This document shows, piece after piece, positions 27,079-36,020 of a stretch of DNA of 64,000 bases (position 1 is its first letter; every line of letters begins with the position of its first letter). The stretch covers positions 8,451 to 72,450 of the forward strand of contig CAZVKH010000001.1 of the NCBI GenBank assembly GCA_964627095.1, read 5' to 3'. This DNA comes from an uncultured Candidatus Saccharibacteria bacterium. Its GTDB lineage: Bacteria > Patescibacteriota > Saccharimonadia > Saccharimonadales > JAUPVS01. A program made the translations under genes and the position numbers. Below the pieces are notes generated by a model. The model was not told the origin of the DNA and did not search any database. It saw only the letters and a list, made by a program, of their open reading frames with translations.

Positions 27079-27573
27079 TTAGCGACGGCGGCGTTGACGG
27101 CGTCGGTGATGCCGTGGGTGAGCCATCCAAAAGCTGGCTAAGCTAACAAACACGCCGACTACCACCACAAATTCTTTGCTATTCATTAGCAGTGTCCAAC
27201 CACTTAGGCTGGTAATGGTGTCTTGTGGGCCGCTAGGCAGCAGCGGTACGGCTAAGATCACGCCAACAATACCCAGGGCAATGGCTGGCAGAACATTAAC
27301 GAAAGTTTTAGGACCAGACATCGACTTGGTGGTAAAAATAGTGCTCAGGACGGCTGGTAAGACCAGTAGAGCAAACTGAAAGTACTGATTAACAACGTCG
27401 GAGTTATTGCCAATTGCTGAGCCAACTAAGCCGGCTTCGTTACCAGCAAACTGCACTAATACAGCGCCGGCGCAAAGGCTTAAAAAGACCACGGCGGCGT
27501 TTGCTCGAAGCAATAAAACCACCAAGACTGGGGCAGCAATCGCTACCAACAGAGCAATATTTTGCATTATCAT
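27079..27573 (-). CDS. polytopic membrane protein with Arg-rich C-terminal tail
   Basis: Hydrophobic throughout and ends in HPRHHRRRQRRRR. Probably co-transcribed with rimK. Confidence 0.5.
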   Translation of the reverse strand: MIMQNIALLVAIAAPVLVVLLLRANAAVVFLSLCAGAVLVQFAGNEAGLVGSAIGNNSDVVNQYFQFALLVLPAVLSTIFTTKSMSGPKTFVNVLPAIALGIVGVILAVPLLPSGPQDTITSLSGWTLLMNSKEFVVVVGVFVSLASFWMAHPRHHRRRQRRRR

Positions 27574-27606
27574 GCGCCCATCATAGCATGAGCGGGTTGG
27601 TTTTGC

Positions 27607-28512
27607 TTAGGCGCCGACGCGGTCGCGCTTGCCGCGCTTGCTCTTGGCATTTTGTTCGACGTAGTCGATAATCTTGCCGGCAATATTGCGGCCGGTCACT
27701 TTTTCAATAGCAAAGCCAGGGCTGGCGTTAACTTCTAGTACTAATGGCCCGCGCTCGGAACGCATCAAGTCGACACCAGATATTGGCAGACCCATGGCCT
27801 TGGCGGCCCGTACGGCTGTCTTCTTTTCTTCGTCGGTCAGCTTAACCACCGTACCTTCACCGCCCTGGTGTAGGTTTGAACGGAAGTCATCATCTAGGCT
27901 TTGGCGCTGCATACTAGCTACAACCTTGCCATTAACTACAAAGGCCCGGATGTCGGTACCGGCCGATTCGGCCACAAATTCCTGCACCAAAAAGTTCACG
28001 CCTTCTACATAGAAAGCTTGCATTACCGCCTCGGCAGCTTTGCGAGTTTCGGCTAGTACGACGCCCTTACCGTGAGTACCGCGGGCCACCTTAATAATTA
28101 GTGGTGCACCGCCGGCTTGTTCAATTAAGTCCTCTACCTGGGCAGTTTCGCGGGCAAATACAGTTTTAGGGATACCAACGCCAGAACGAGCTAGAATCTG
28201 AGCGGCGCGCAGTTTGTCGCGCGTGCGGTTGATCGCTAGCGAACTAGCGGTACTAAAAACGCCCTGCATCTCGAATTGGCGCACAATTGAAGTACCGTAC
28301 TTGGTTAAGTTAGAGGCAATGCGCGGGATAATAACGTCGATGTCGTTTATTTCTTCACCTTCGTAACGCACGACTGGGTTGCCTTGTTCTAGAGTTACAT
28401 AGCACTTGGCATAGTTAATAACGCGGACGTTGTGGCCACGTTCTTCGGCTTCGGCCTTGATTCGCTTGGTTGAAACGTTATCAGGGCCCTTCGACAAAAT
28501 AGCTATGTTCAT
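27607..28512 (-). CDS. rimK: RimK-family ATP-grasp ligase (alpha-L-glutamate ligase)
   Basis: MNIAILSKGPD N-terminal motif, an ATP-grasp fold pattern and a conserved C-terminal region with SGVDLM. Confidence 0.85.
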   Translation of the reverse strand: MNIAILSKGPDNVSTKRIKAEAEERGHNVRVINYAKCYVTLEQGNPVVRYEGEEINDIDVIIPRIASNLTKYGTSIVRQFEMQGVFSTASSLAINRTRDKLRAAQILARSGVGIPKTVFARETAQVEDLIEQAGGAPLIIKVARGTHGKGVVLAETRKAAEAVMQAFYVEGVNFLVQEFVAESAGTDIRAFVVNGKVVASMQRQSLDDDFRSNLHQGGEGTVVKLTDEEKKTAVRAAKAMGLPISGVDLMRSERGPLVLEVNASPGFAIEKVTGRNIAGKIIDYVEQNAKSKRGKRDRVGA

Positions 28513-28521
28513 ATTCCGACC

Positions 28522-28935
28522 TTACTTATTTATTCTGTTTACGTCAACTAGCAAGTTATTCTTGCGGATAAAACGACGACCAATTAACACCGGCCACTTC
28601 ATCTCGCTGCGATCGGCCAAGGTTAATAGGATGTCGTATTCATTACCATCAAGAATGATTTTAGTATCTATGGCGTAACGACGCTCTTCGTGACCATTCG
28701 AGCTAGTGACGCGTTTTATGCGATATTCGTTTACGGCAATAACCTTTTCGGGATGGTCAAAGGGCGAAAAGTAGAGCGTTTTGACACCGTCCACCACTTC
28801 TTTACGAATGTTGGTAGCATGAAGCGCACCGGTGTAGGCACCGGTATCAATTTTGGCGACAACCTTAGTAATACCAAACTCTGGGAAGCTGGCTTTTTCG
28901 AAGGCACCAATAACTTTTTGCGGTTCTTTAGTCAT
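28522..28935 (-). CDS. RimK-associated retropepsin-like protease (putative ATP-dependent zinc protease family, COG4067)
   Basis: AKIDTGAYTGALHA aspartic-protease-like motif. This family is a canonical partner of rimK. Confidence 0.65.
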   Translation of the reverse strand: MTKEPQKVIGAFEKASFPEFGITKVVAKIDTGAYTGALHATNIRKEVVDGVKTLYFSPFDHPEKVIAVNEYRIKRVTSSNGHEERRYAIDTKIILDGNEYDILLTLADRSEMKWPVLIGRRFIRKNNLLVDVNRINK

Positions 28936-29004
28936 AGTTATCCCACTTACGCTTAAACTATCTAAATTATAGCATATTTCTTTATATTTTTCAATACTTT
29001 GCGC

Positions 29005-29121
29005 CTATTTTGGGGCGCTGGCAACCCTGGCGTAAACCAAGACGATCGCTACAACCAGTATAACAAGCAGGAATATCATAAGTGGGATAAAGCCATCTTG
29101 ATTAAGCTTGAGCCGTTTCAT
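29005..29121 (-). CDS. possible 38-aa single-TM peptide (MKRLKLNQDGFIPLMIFLLVILVVAIVLVYARVASAPK)
   Basis: ATG-initiated hydrophobic ORF. The listed 74-aa version has a non-ATG start. Confidence 0.25.
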   Translation of the reverse strand: MKRLKLNQDGFIPLMIFLLVILVVAIVLVYARVASAPK

Positions 29122-29166
29122 GGTATAATCATACCAGAATCGACCAAATAAAAACGACAACAAACT

Positions 29167-30039
29167 ATGAGCCAAGATCAACCTCAACAACCTCAGGAAG
29201 CTCCAGCTGAGTATGCCGACGTCTGGCACCAGCTCGACCCAGGCACGAAACTGCTTTTGTCGGACCCCGAAGGCTTAATACCAGCCGAGCAGCCACCTTA
29301 TAATCCCGATCCACCAGAAAGTCTCGGTTTAATCGGCAGCGTTGAAAAAGATGCTTATAAATATGCCTATACAGCAGCTCGCGGACTAGTTGAAAAGGAT
29401 GTCTTGAAAAAAGAAAACCTAATAACCACCCAAGAAAGAGACCAAGCCCAACTGGCCGCCAAAGAGGCTCGTTACGAAGCCACACATGACAAGATGACTG
29501 GGTTTTATAATAGAGCTGGTTTTGATATAGCCTTACAGCGCATGATAGACACCAACCCTGATGCCGATATTGGCATACTATATATTGATATTGATAACTT
29601 CAAATCTATAAATGATTCCGAAGGGCATGATGGAGGTGACGCCTTCCTTAAGGAGACCGTTGCTTGGTTGCGAGAAGTCAATGATCACCCCGAGCAAACC
29701 ATGGACAGCCAAATCGATCCGGCCGAACAAGATATGATCATGGCTAGAGTCGGTGGCGATGAGTTAGTCATAGCTATAAACTACAGCCGGGTCAACCGGC
29801 CCATAGACGAAAGCGTCGAAAAACAACTGCTAACTGATCGCGACCGCTTATACAAAGGTTTTAACCAGTTCATGGAAAAACAACATTACTACCTACTTAC
29901 CGAATTCAATGTTGGTGTCTCAATTGGCGTAGCCCACTGGCGCCTGGGCATTGACCCAGATAAACTTGTTATTCGTGGGGATAAAGACATGTACCGTCAA
30001 AAGGCTATTAATAGACGTGGCGGTGATCGGCGTCGTTAG
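29167..30039 (+). CDS. GGDEF-domain protein (diguanylate-cyclase fold) with degenerate GGDEL signature and Pro-rich N-terminus
   Basis: DKMTGFYNRAGFD, DIDNFKSINDSEGHDGGD, and RVGGDELVIAI in place of GG(D/E)EF. TATAAT at 29124-29129 upstream. Confidence 0.7.
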   Translation: MSQDQPQQPQEAPAEYADVWHQLDPGTKLLLSDPEGLIPAEQPPYNPDPPESLGLIGSVEKDAYKYAYTAARGLVEKDVLKKENLITTQERDQAQLAAKEARYEATHDKMTGFYNRAGFDIALQRMIDTNPDADIGILYIDIDNFKSINDSEGHDGGDAFLKETVAWLREVNDHPEQTMDSQIDPAEQDMIMARVGGDELVIAINYSRVNRPIDESVEKQLLTDRDRLYKGFNQFMEKQHYYLLTEFNVGVSIGVAHWRLGIDPDKLVIRGDKDMYRQKAINRRGGDRRR

Positions 30040-31133
30040 CGCCAAAAACCTTTTTTGTGGCCCTGACTTTTACCAAACTGTTCGAGTAAGTCCTTCTGTT
30101 CTTTAGAAAGTTTGTGTGGTGTTTCGACCACCAAAGTAACAATATGAGCGCCGCGGCCACCACCACGCATGTGCGTGACACCGTGACCAGATAGTTTAAA
30201 GTCGGTGCCACTCTGCGTACCAGCCGGCACTTTCATGCGGACTGGTCCATCGACAGTTTCTACTTCTATTTCGGTACCGAGGGCGGCCGCTACCATGCCG
30301 ACGGTTTCTTGGCTCAAAATTAGATCGCCTTCGCGCGTGAACTTTTTGTGGGGTTTAACTCGTACATCAACGTACAAGTCACCGGTTTCACCACGCCCCA
30401 TGGCGTTGCCTTGTTCGCGTAAACGGATGGTTGTACCATCGTCAATGCCGGCCGGAACTTTAATTTGCAGCTCGCGTTGTTTGTGCTGAGTGCCCTTACC
30501 GTGACAAACACTACAAACCTTTTCTGGAACCTTACCGGCACCATGGCAGGTTGGGCAAACGGCGGCTTGCTCGATATTACCAAAGATCGTTCGGACGGCC
30601 TGGCGAACCTGTCCGTGCCCGTTACAGGTTTGGCAAGTCTTTAGTTCGTGACCAGGTTCAACAGTTGTACCCTTACAGTGTTCGCATTTAACCTGGCTGC
30701 TATAACGAACGGTCACCTCAGTGCCAAAGACAGCTTCTTCAAAACTAATTGTCGTGGCGACACTAACGTCTTCGCCGCGACGACGCTGCCGGCCACCTTG
30801 CTGGCCACCACCAAAGAAACTACTAAAGATGTCGCCCAGGCCAAGATCGCCAAAATCAAAGTTCACATTTTGGCCTTGGCCACCAAAACCAGCAAACGGA
30901 TCACCGCCGCCACTCGCACCACCGACGCCAGCATGGCCAAACTGATCATAGCGCTGGCGCTTACCACCATCTTTTAGAACCTCATAGGCTTCGTTGACTT
31001 CCTTGAACTTGGCCTCGTCGCCACCACGATCGGGATGAAACTCAATCGCCTTCTTGCGAAAGGCTTTCTTGATTTCGTCATCGCTGGCCGATTTACCAAT
31101 GCCCAGGACTTCGTAGTAATCACGCTTGCTCAT
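30036..31133 (-). CDS. dnaJ: chaperone DnaJ
   Basis: J-domain with HPD (MSKRDYYEVLG...FHPDRGG), a Gly/Phe-rich linker and a four-CxxCxGxG zinc finger. Confidence 0.95.
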   Translation of the reverse strand: MSKRDYYEVLGIGKSASDDEIKKAFRKKAIEFHPDRGGDEAKFKEVNEAYEVLKDGGKRQRYDQFGHAGVGGASGGGDPFAGFGGQGQNVNFDFGDLGLGDIFSSFFGGGQQGGRQRRRGEDVSVATTISFEEAVFGTEVTVRYSSQVKCEHCKGTTVEPGHELKTCQTCNGHGQVRQAVRTIFGNIEQAAVCPTCHGAGKVPEKVCSVCHGKGTQHKQRELQIKVPAGIDDGTTIRLREQGNAMGRGETGDLYVDVRVKPHKKFTREGDLILSQETVGMVAAALGTEIEVETVDGPVRMKVPAGTQSGTDFKLSGHGVTHMRGGGRGAHIVTLVVETPHKLSKEQKDLLEQFGKSQGHKKGFWR

Positions 31134-31311
31134 TATCACCTCGTCTTAGTTGGGTAGCTTCTATTATATTCCGAAAATTCAATTCTGGGTCGGCTGTTTC
31201 ATCCGGCGGTATTGTCGTATCTTGTAGATCCTGGTAATACTGAGTTACTCGCCGACCCTTTTCTTGTAGAGCATCATCGAATTCACTCATGCCAACTCCT
31301 GTTCTAGCCAA
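31120..31311 (-). CDS. hypothetical small acidic protein between cutA-like and dnaJ
   Basis: ORF only. It overlaps both neighbours slightly. No homology recognised. Confidence 0.2.
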   Translation of the reverse strand: MARTGVGMSEFDDALQEKGRRVTQYYQDLQDTTIPPDETADPELNFRNIIEATQLRRGDNEQA

Positions 31312-31601
31312 GTCTGAGCATCTTTTGATAACTTAGTGACAGGAATCGATTGAAGGACAAACGTGTCATAACTATGCAACTTGGCAACTTCTCTTTCGAC
31401 CTTTTCAAACAGATCCTCGCGCGAGTCCATCACCAATAGAGTTTCGTGGTTATTGGCTTTTTCGCCCTTCCAAAGAAAGTGAGAATCTACCGAAACCTGC
31501 TTGGCGCAAGCTACCAACTTTAGGTCAAGTAAGGATTGAGATATCAAGTCAGCCTCAGCTCGATCTTTACAGGTTAACCAAAGTTGGCAAAAGCCTGGCA
31601 T
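31287..31601 (-). CDS. cutA: CutA1-like divalent-cation tolerance protein
   Basis: LVACAKQV...FLWKGEK...ETLLVMDS...YDTFVLQSIPV resembles the CutA signature (C-A-x...W-x-G...K-T...H-P-Y-E-x-P region). The match is degenerate. Confidence 0.45.
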   Translation of the reverse strand: MPGFCQLWLTCKDRAEADLISQSLLDLKLVACAKQVSVDSHFLWKGEKANNHETLLVMDSREDLFEKVEREVAKLHSYDTFVLQSIPVTKLSKDAQTWLEQELA

Positions 31602-33520
31602 TATTTTTTCTTCTTGTCTTCTTTTTCGTCGTCGACGACTTCGCCTTCGACTGGTTCGTCTTTGTCGGACTTCTTGTCACCGTCTTCGGCTGGGGCTTCT
31701 TCTTTGGCAGCTTCTTCATAAAGCTTGGCGCCAATTGGCATAGTCTTGTCGGTTAGCTCCTTGGCAGCGGCTTCTAGGGCATCTTTGTCGGCCTTGTCGT
31801 CAGCTACAACTTTTTTAGCATCTTCAACGGCTTCTTCGATTACCTTCTTGTCGTCATCGCTAATCTTGTCTTTATTGTCGGCAATCATCTTCTCGGCCTG
31901 ATAGACAGAACTGTCTAGGGTATTGCGGGCATCAATTGCTTCGCGCTTTTTCTTGTCCTCTTCGGCATGAGCTTCGGCTTCTTTAGCCATTTTTTCGACT
32001 TCTTCTTTAGAAAGGCCCGAGCTGTTTTGGATAGTAATACTCTGTTCCTTACCCGAACCCTTGTCCTTGGCCGAGACATTCAAGATACCGTTGGCATCCA
32101 AGTTAAAAGTAACTTCAATCTGGGGAACACCGCGGGGGGCCGATGGAATACCATCGAGCACAAAACGTCCGAGTGACTTGTTGTCGGCGACCATTTCACG
32201 CTCACCTTGGACAACGTGGATTTCTACTTGTGGTTGGTTGTCGGCAGCAGTACTAAAGGTTTCGGACTTGCTGGTTGGAATTGTCGTGTTACGTTCAATC
32301 AGTTTAGTCGCGACGCCACCAAGCGTTTCGATACCAAGACTAAGTGGTGTTACGTCTAGCAAAAGCACGTCTTTAACGTCACCCTGCAAGACACCACCTT
32401 GAATGGCGGCACCAATGGCCACAACTTCGTCGGGGTTAACACCCTTCATTGGTTCTTTGCCAAAGATGTTCTTAACCTTTTCTTGAACGGCCGGCATACG
32501 GGTCATACCACCAACCAGAACAATGGCATCGATGTCACTGGCTTTTAGGCCAGCGTCTTTAAGGGCCTTTTCGCAAGGAATAGCTGTTTTGTCGATTAGC
32601 TCGCCAACCAAGCTTTCCAACTTAGAGCGAGTCAGCTTGTGCTCAAAGTGCTTAGGACCATCGGCGTCGGCTGTTAAGAATGGCAGGTTAATGTTGATTT
32701 CGTTAGTGGTACTAAGCTCGATCTTGGCCTTTTCGGCTTCGTCACGCAGACGCTGCATAGCAGCTTTGTCGTCGGTAATGTCTAGGCCGTGTTCTTTTTT
32801 GAACTCGTCGGCAAAGTAGTTTACTAAAACGCGGTCGAAGTCGGCACCACCTAGGTGAGTGTCACCATTGGTGGACTTAACTTCAAAGACACCGTCACCC
32901 AGTTCCAAAATGGAAACATCGAAGGTACCACCACCAAGGTCGTAAACGGCAATTTTTTCGTCTTTCTTACTGCCCTTGTCCAAACCGTAGGCTAAAGCCG
33001 CGGCAGTTGGTTCGTTGATAATACGCTTGACTTCTAAGCCGGCAATTTTACCAGCATCTTTAGTAGCTTGGCGCTGTGAGTCATCAAAGTAAGCCGGTAC
33101 GGTAATAACAGCCTCGGTAACGCTGTCGCCCAAAAAGCTTTCGGCGTCAGTTTTAAGCTTGCCCAAGATCATGGCACTAACTTCTTCGGGGCTGTATTCT
33201 TTGTCGCCCATCTTTACCTTAACGCCGTTACCAGACTTAACCATCTCGTAACCCATTAGCTTGATGTCGCGCTGAACTTCTTTGTCGTTCCAGTTGCGAC
33301 CAATTAGGCGCTTTACTTCGTAAATTGTATTGCCGGGGTTAGTAACTTGCTGGCGGCGAGCTACCTGGCCGACTAATCTTTCGCCATTTTTATTGACGGC
33401 GACGACTGACGGCGTGGTGCGCGCACCTTCTGAGTTAGCAATAATTTCTGGCTTACCAGCCTGCATAACAGCCATGGCTGAGTTAGTTGTTCCTAGGTCG
33501 ATTCCGATGATTTTTCCCAT
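31601..33520 (-). CDS. dnaK: chaperone DnaK (Hsp70)
   Basis: [17 protein letters not shown] and an acidic C-terminal tail. Confidence 0.97.
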   Translation of the reverse strand: MGKIIGIDLGTTNSAMAVMQAGKPEIIANSEGARTTPSVVAVNKNGERLVGQVARRQQVTNPGNTIYEVKRLIGRNWNDKEVQRDIKLMGYEMVKSGNGVKVKMGDKEYSPEEVSAMILGKLKTDAESFLGDSVTEAVITVPAYFDDSQRQATKDAGKIAGLEVKRIINEPTAAALAYGLDKGSKKDEKIAVYDLGGGTFDVSILELGDGVFEVKSTNGDTHLGGADFDRVLVNYFADEFKKEHGLDITDDKAAMQRLRDEAEKAKIELSTTNEININLPFLTADADGPKHFEHKLTRSKLESLVGELIDKTAIPCEKALKDAGLKASDIDAIVLVGGMTRMPAVQEKVKNIFGKEPMKGVNPDEVVAIGAAIQGGVLQGDVKDVLLLDVTPLSLGIETLGGVATKLIERNTTIPTSKSETFSTAADNQPQVEIHVVQGEREMVADNKSLGRFVLDGIPSAPRGVPQIEVTFNLDANGILNVSAKDKGSGKEQSITIQNSSGLSKEEVEKMAKEAEAHAEEDKKKREAIDARNTLDSSVYQAEKMIADNKDKISDDDKKVIEEAVEDAKKVVADDKADKDALEAAAKELTDKTMPIGAKLYEEAAKEEAPAEDGDKKSDKDEPVEGEVVDDEKEDKKKK

Positions 33521-33536
33521 AATTGTGGTTCCTTTC

Positions 33537-33725
33537 TTAATCTGAGTACACTTGTTCGTTTAATTCTGCTGGCGTTGCTTCTGGCGGCTTTTGGGGGTGG
33601 GGTGGCCGGTGAGCATTTTTGTGTGCCTCCTGGGCGGCTGCGACATCTGGTCTTACGGGAGGACCGTCACCACCAAGCGCTTCGGCTTTAGCAATAAAGT
33701 CGGCCTGGCTTGCTATTTCGCTCAT
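33537..33725 (-). CDS. hypothetical 62-aa Pro/Ala-rich protein between grpE and dnaK
   Basis: ORF only. Confidence 0.25.
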   Translation of the reverse strand: MSEIASQADFIAKAEALGGDGPPVRPDVAAAQEAHKNAHRPPHPQKPPEATPAELNEQVYSD

Positions 33726-34207
33726 GTCTGACTCCCCTTTTGCATTGTTACCTTTACCATGGCATGGCGAATAACCGAGTCATTCAAGCAATAACCCGAC
33801 TGTAGCTCTTCGCTAACCACCTCTACCGCACCCTCGCCCAAACCATCGCCTTCGTCCATACTGACGGCTTCGTGAACGGTTGGGTCAAAGACTTCACCAA
33901 CCGTTTTAATGCGCTGTACACCCATTTGCTGTAAGGTGGACTCGAACTGCTTAACAACACCTTGGACGCCTTGTACGTAGCTGTTGTCGGCCAATTCAGC
34001 GGGCACATGCTTAAGGGCTCGTTCAAAGTTATCAATTACCGGCAATAAATCTTCGATGACCTGCACCTTAATATGGTTTTGCAAGTTAGCGACTTGGTCA
34101 CCATGCTGGCGGCGAACATTAATTACGTCGGCGCGTTCGCGCTGCAGGGCTTCGGTTAGTTCGGCAATCTGCTGTTGTAACTCAGCAACGGTTGGTTTTT
34201 TAGGCAT
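33722..34207 (-). CDS. grpE: nucleotide exchange factor GrpE
   Basis: Long N-terminal helix (ELQQQIAELTEALQRERADVINVRR) and a GrpE C-terminal beta domain. Confidence 0.85.
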   Translation of the reverse strand: MPKKPTVAELQQQIAELTEALQRERADVINVRRQHGDQVANLQNHIKVQVIEDLLPVIDNFERALKHVPAELADNSYVQGVQGVVKQFESTLQQMGVQRIKTVGEVFDPTVHEAVSMDEGDGLGEGAVEVVSEELQSGYCLNDSVIRHAMVKVTMQKGSQT

Positions 34208-34904
34208 ACAGCATCTCCTCTAAGGTGTTACCAGCGTGTTCCACCAAGCGCATAACGTCACGATATTGCTGGCGGGTAGGTCCCAGTACGCCAATATAGC
34301 TATGGTCGCTATACGGACTCCGGAACTTACTAATGATCAACGAGCAACGCGCACTGCGTCCAATTGGGTTTTCGCTACCAATATAGACGTTAAGCGGCTG
34401 GTTGGGGGCGGCTTCTTTCAGCCACGGCTCCAGGTTGTCCAGCAGCCTCGCAACTTGCTGGACCTGTTGACCATTAATAAACTCCGGCTGACCAAATAAG
34501 TTCGACAAACCACTCATGTATAACTGATCACCAATCGTGGCTATCCCCAAGTTATGAGTTAGCTCAACTAGGGTGTCAACAGTGTTACGAATCGCTCGTT
34601 CCGGTAGGCCGCTGCTAGTAGCTCGGGTTTCCAGGGCTTTAGAGGCTCGTTCGGGTGTTTTGTCGGGGTTGTCGTTGGCCAGAGCGTTTACGTAAACGCG
34701 GTAACCTTTGTCGGTCGGTACACGGCCGGCACTGGTGTGGGGCTGTGAAATGTAGCCCATGCGCTCTAGTTCGGCCATTTCGGCGCGGATAGTGGCCGAA
34801 GAAACACCAAAAACTTTGGCCATTAAACTAGAACCTACCGGACTGGCAACCTCGGCATACTGTTCCACAATAGCGGCTAGTATTTTCTGCTGTCGTTCTG
34901 TCAT
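34200..34904 (-). CDS. hrcA: heat-inducible transcription repressor HrcA (short form)
   Basis: MTERQQKILAAIVEQYAEVASPVGSSLMAKVFGVSSATIRAEMAELERMGYISQPHTSAGRVPTDKGYRVYV matches the HrcA winged-helix N-terminus. A CIRCE element lies directly upstream. Confidence 0.85.
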   Translation of the reverse strand: MTERQQKILAAIVEQYAEVASPVGSSLMAKVFGVSSATIRAEMAELERMGYISQPHTSAGRVPTDKGYRVYVNALANDNPDKTPERASKALETRATSSGLPERAIRNTVDTLVELTHNLGIATIGDQLYMSGLSNLFGQPEFINGQQVQQVARLLDNLEPWLKEAAPNQPLNVYIGSENPIGRSARCSLIISKFRSPYSDHSYIGVLGPTRQQYRDVMRLVEHAGNTLEEMLYA

Positions 34905-34925
34905 ACCTACAGATATGATAGAAAA

Positions 34926-34952
34926 TTAGCACTCACAAGTCAAGAGTGCTAA
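34926..34952. promoter_or_regulatory. CIRCE operator TTAGCACTC-N9-GAGTGCTAA overlapping the hrcA promoter (TTGACT-17-TATCAT)
   Basis: Perfect match to the CIRCE consensus, read directly. The -35 TTGACT sits inside the CIRCE spacer. Confidence 0.9.
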
Positions 34953-35524
34953 TTAGCTTTTTTAAGCCAGTCTTGGTAACCCTTTAAAACAAGCTCTCGG
35001 ACTTGTTCTAGACTGTTAACTGCCGTATCAATAACCAGATCATAGTTACTCATGACATATGGATCAATGCCATAAAGTGCTTTATAACGGCGTGATTCGC
35101 TATCCAGTCGTTTTTGCAATAATTTAGCGTATTCACTAGGGTCGCGCTCAATATTCTCGCTAGCCAAACGAGCATCATCCATACCTTTAAGAATACGCTC
35201 GGCGGCAGTTTTTAAGTCTAGGTCTAGAAAAACCTTAAATGAATCTGGCATCCAGTGCCAAGCGGTGCGCGAATCTAGCACCAACTTATCGCCAGTATTG
35301 TTAAGTTCCTGTAAACGACCGTCGACTTTCCTATCGATATCGGCGTTGTCTTCGGCTGACAGGTTGGCTTGCAACACATCAACCCCATTCTCGCGGGCAA
35401 TTGCCCGAAATAAATCACCAGAAGAGAAATGATCATAACCAAGTGCGGTCGCAACTGCTTTGGCAGTACTCGATTTACCGCTGCCCGGTCGACCGGCAAT
35501 AGTTATAATCATCTTCTTTGTCAT
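34949..35524 (-). CDS. cmk: cytidylate kinase
   Basis: MIITIAGRPGSGKSS P-loop and the Cmk family pattern. Start set at MTKKMIITIAG. Confidence 0.85.
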   Translation of the reverse strand: MTKKMIITIAGRPGSGKSSTAKAVATALGYDHFSSGDLFRAIARENGVDVLQANLSAEDNADIDRKVDGRLQELNNTGDKLVLDSRTAWHWMPDSFKVFLDLDLKTAAERILKGMDDARLASENIERDPSEYAKLLQKRLDSESRRYKALYGIDPYVMSNYDLVIDTAVNSLEQVRELVLKGYQDWLKKAN

Positions 35525-35570
35525 TGACCAAGTATATAATAGAGATGGAGAGCAAACAAAAGGGGAATAC

Positions 35571-36020
35571 ATGAAAGCACTGAACTTCAGTTTACAAGAT
35601 CAAGACGACCAGACACATTCTTTACAAGATTACCGCGGCCAGTGGGTGGTGATTTATTTCTACCCCAAGGATGACACGCCGGGTTGCACCACCGAAGCTT
35701 GCAGTTTTCGGGATGAATACGATTACATCAAAGAGCATGGCGCCGTGGTATTCGGCATCAGCAAAGACAGCGTCGCCAGCCACAAAAAGTTTGCCACAAA
35801 ATACAACCTACATTTTCCGCTACTTAGCGACGAGTCACTAGATACCATCAAGGCCTACGGTGCTTATGGCGAGCGGAGCATGTACGGCAAAAAGTACATG
35901 GGCATTATCCGCTCCACCTTCTTGATTAACCCAGATGGCGAGATCGTTAAAGAGTACCCTAAGGTAACTCCCAAGGATCATGCTGTTCAGATCGTAAAAG
36001 ACTTAGTCGCGCTTCAGTAA
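35571..36020 (+). CDS. bcp: peroxiredoxin Bcp/PrxQ (AhpC/TSA family)
   Basis: FYPKDDTPGCTTEAC motif. The true start is MKALNF (the table ORF begins earlier at a non-ATG codon). Confidence 0.85.
   Translation: MKALNFSLQDQDDQTHSLQDYRGQWVVIYFYPKDDTPGCTTEACSFRDEYDYIKEHGAVVFGISKDSVASHKKFATKYNLHFPLLSDESLDTIKAYGAYGERSMYGKKYMGIIRSTFLINPDGEIVKEYPKVTPKDHAVQIVKDLVALQ

Noticed and set aside
27577-27584. Partial motif CTCATGCT upstream of the membrane-protein gene starting at 27573
   Set aside because: Only 8 of 12 positions match and TTGCA is missing. It sits 11 nt from the ATG, not about 35, and the gene is probably co-transcribed with rimK. Judged a chance match.
30648-30977. Plus-strand ORFs 30205..30489, 30648..30977, 30721..30945 antisense to dnaJ
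   Set aside because: They lie inside the DnaJ Gly-rich and zinc-finger coding region, and their antisense frames are Pro/Ala-rich.
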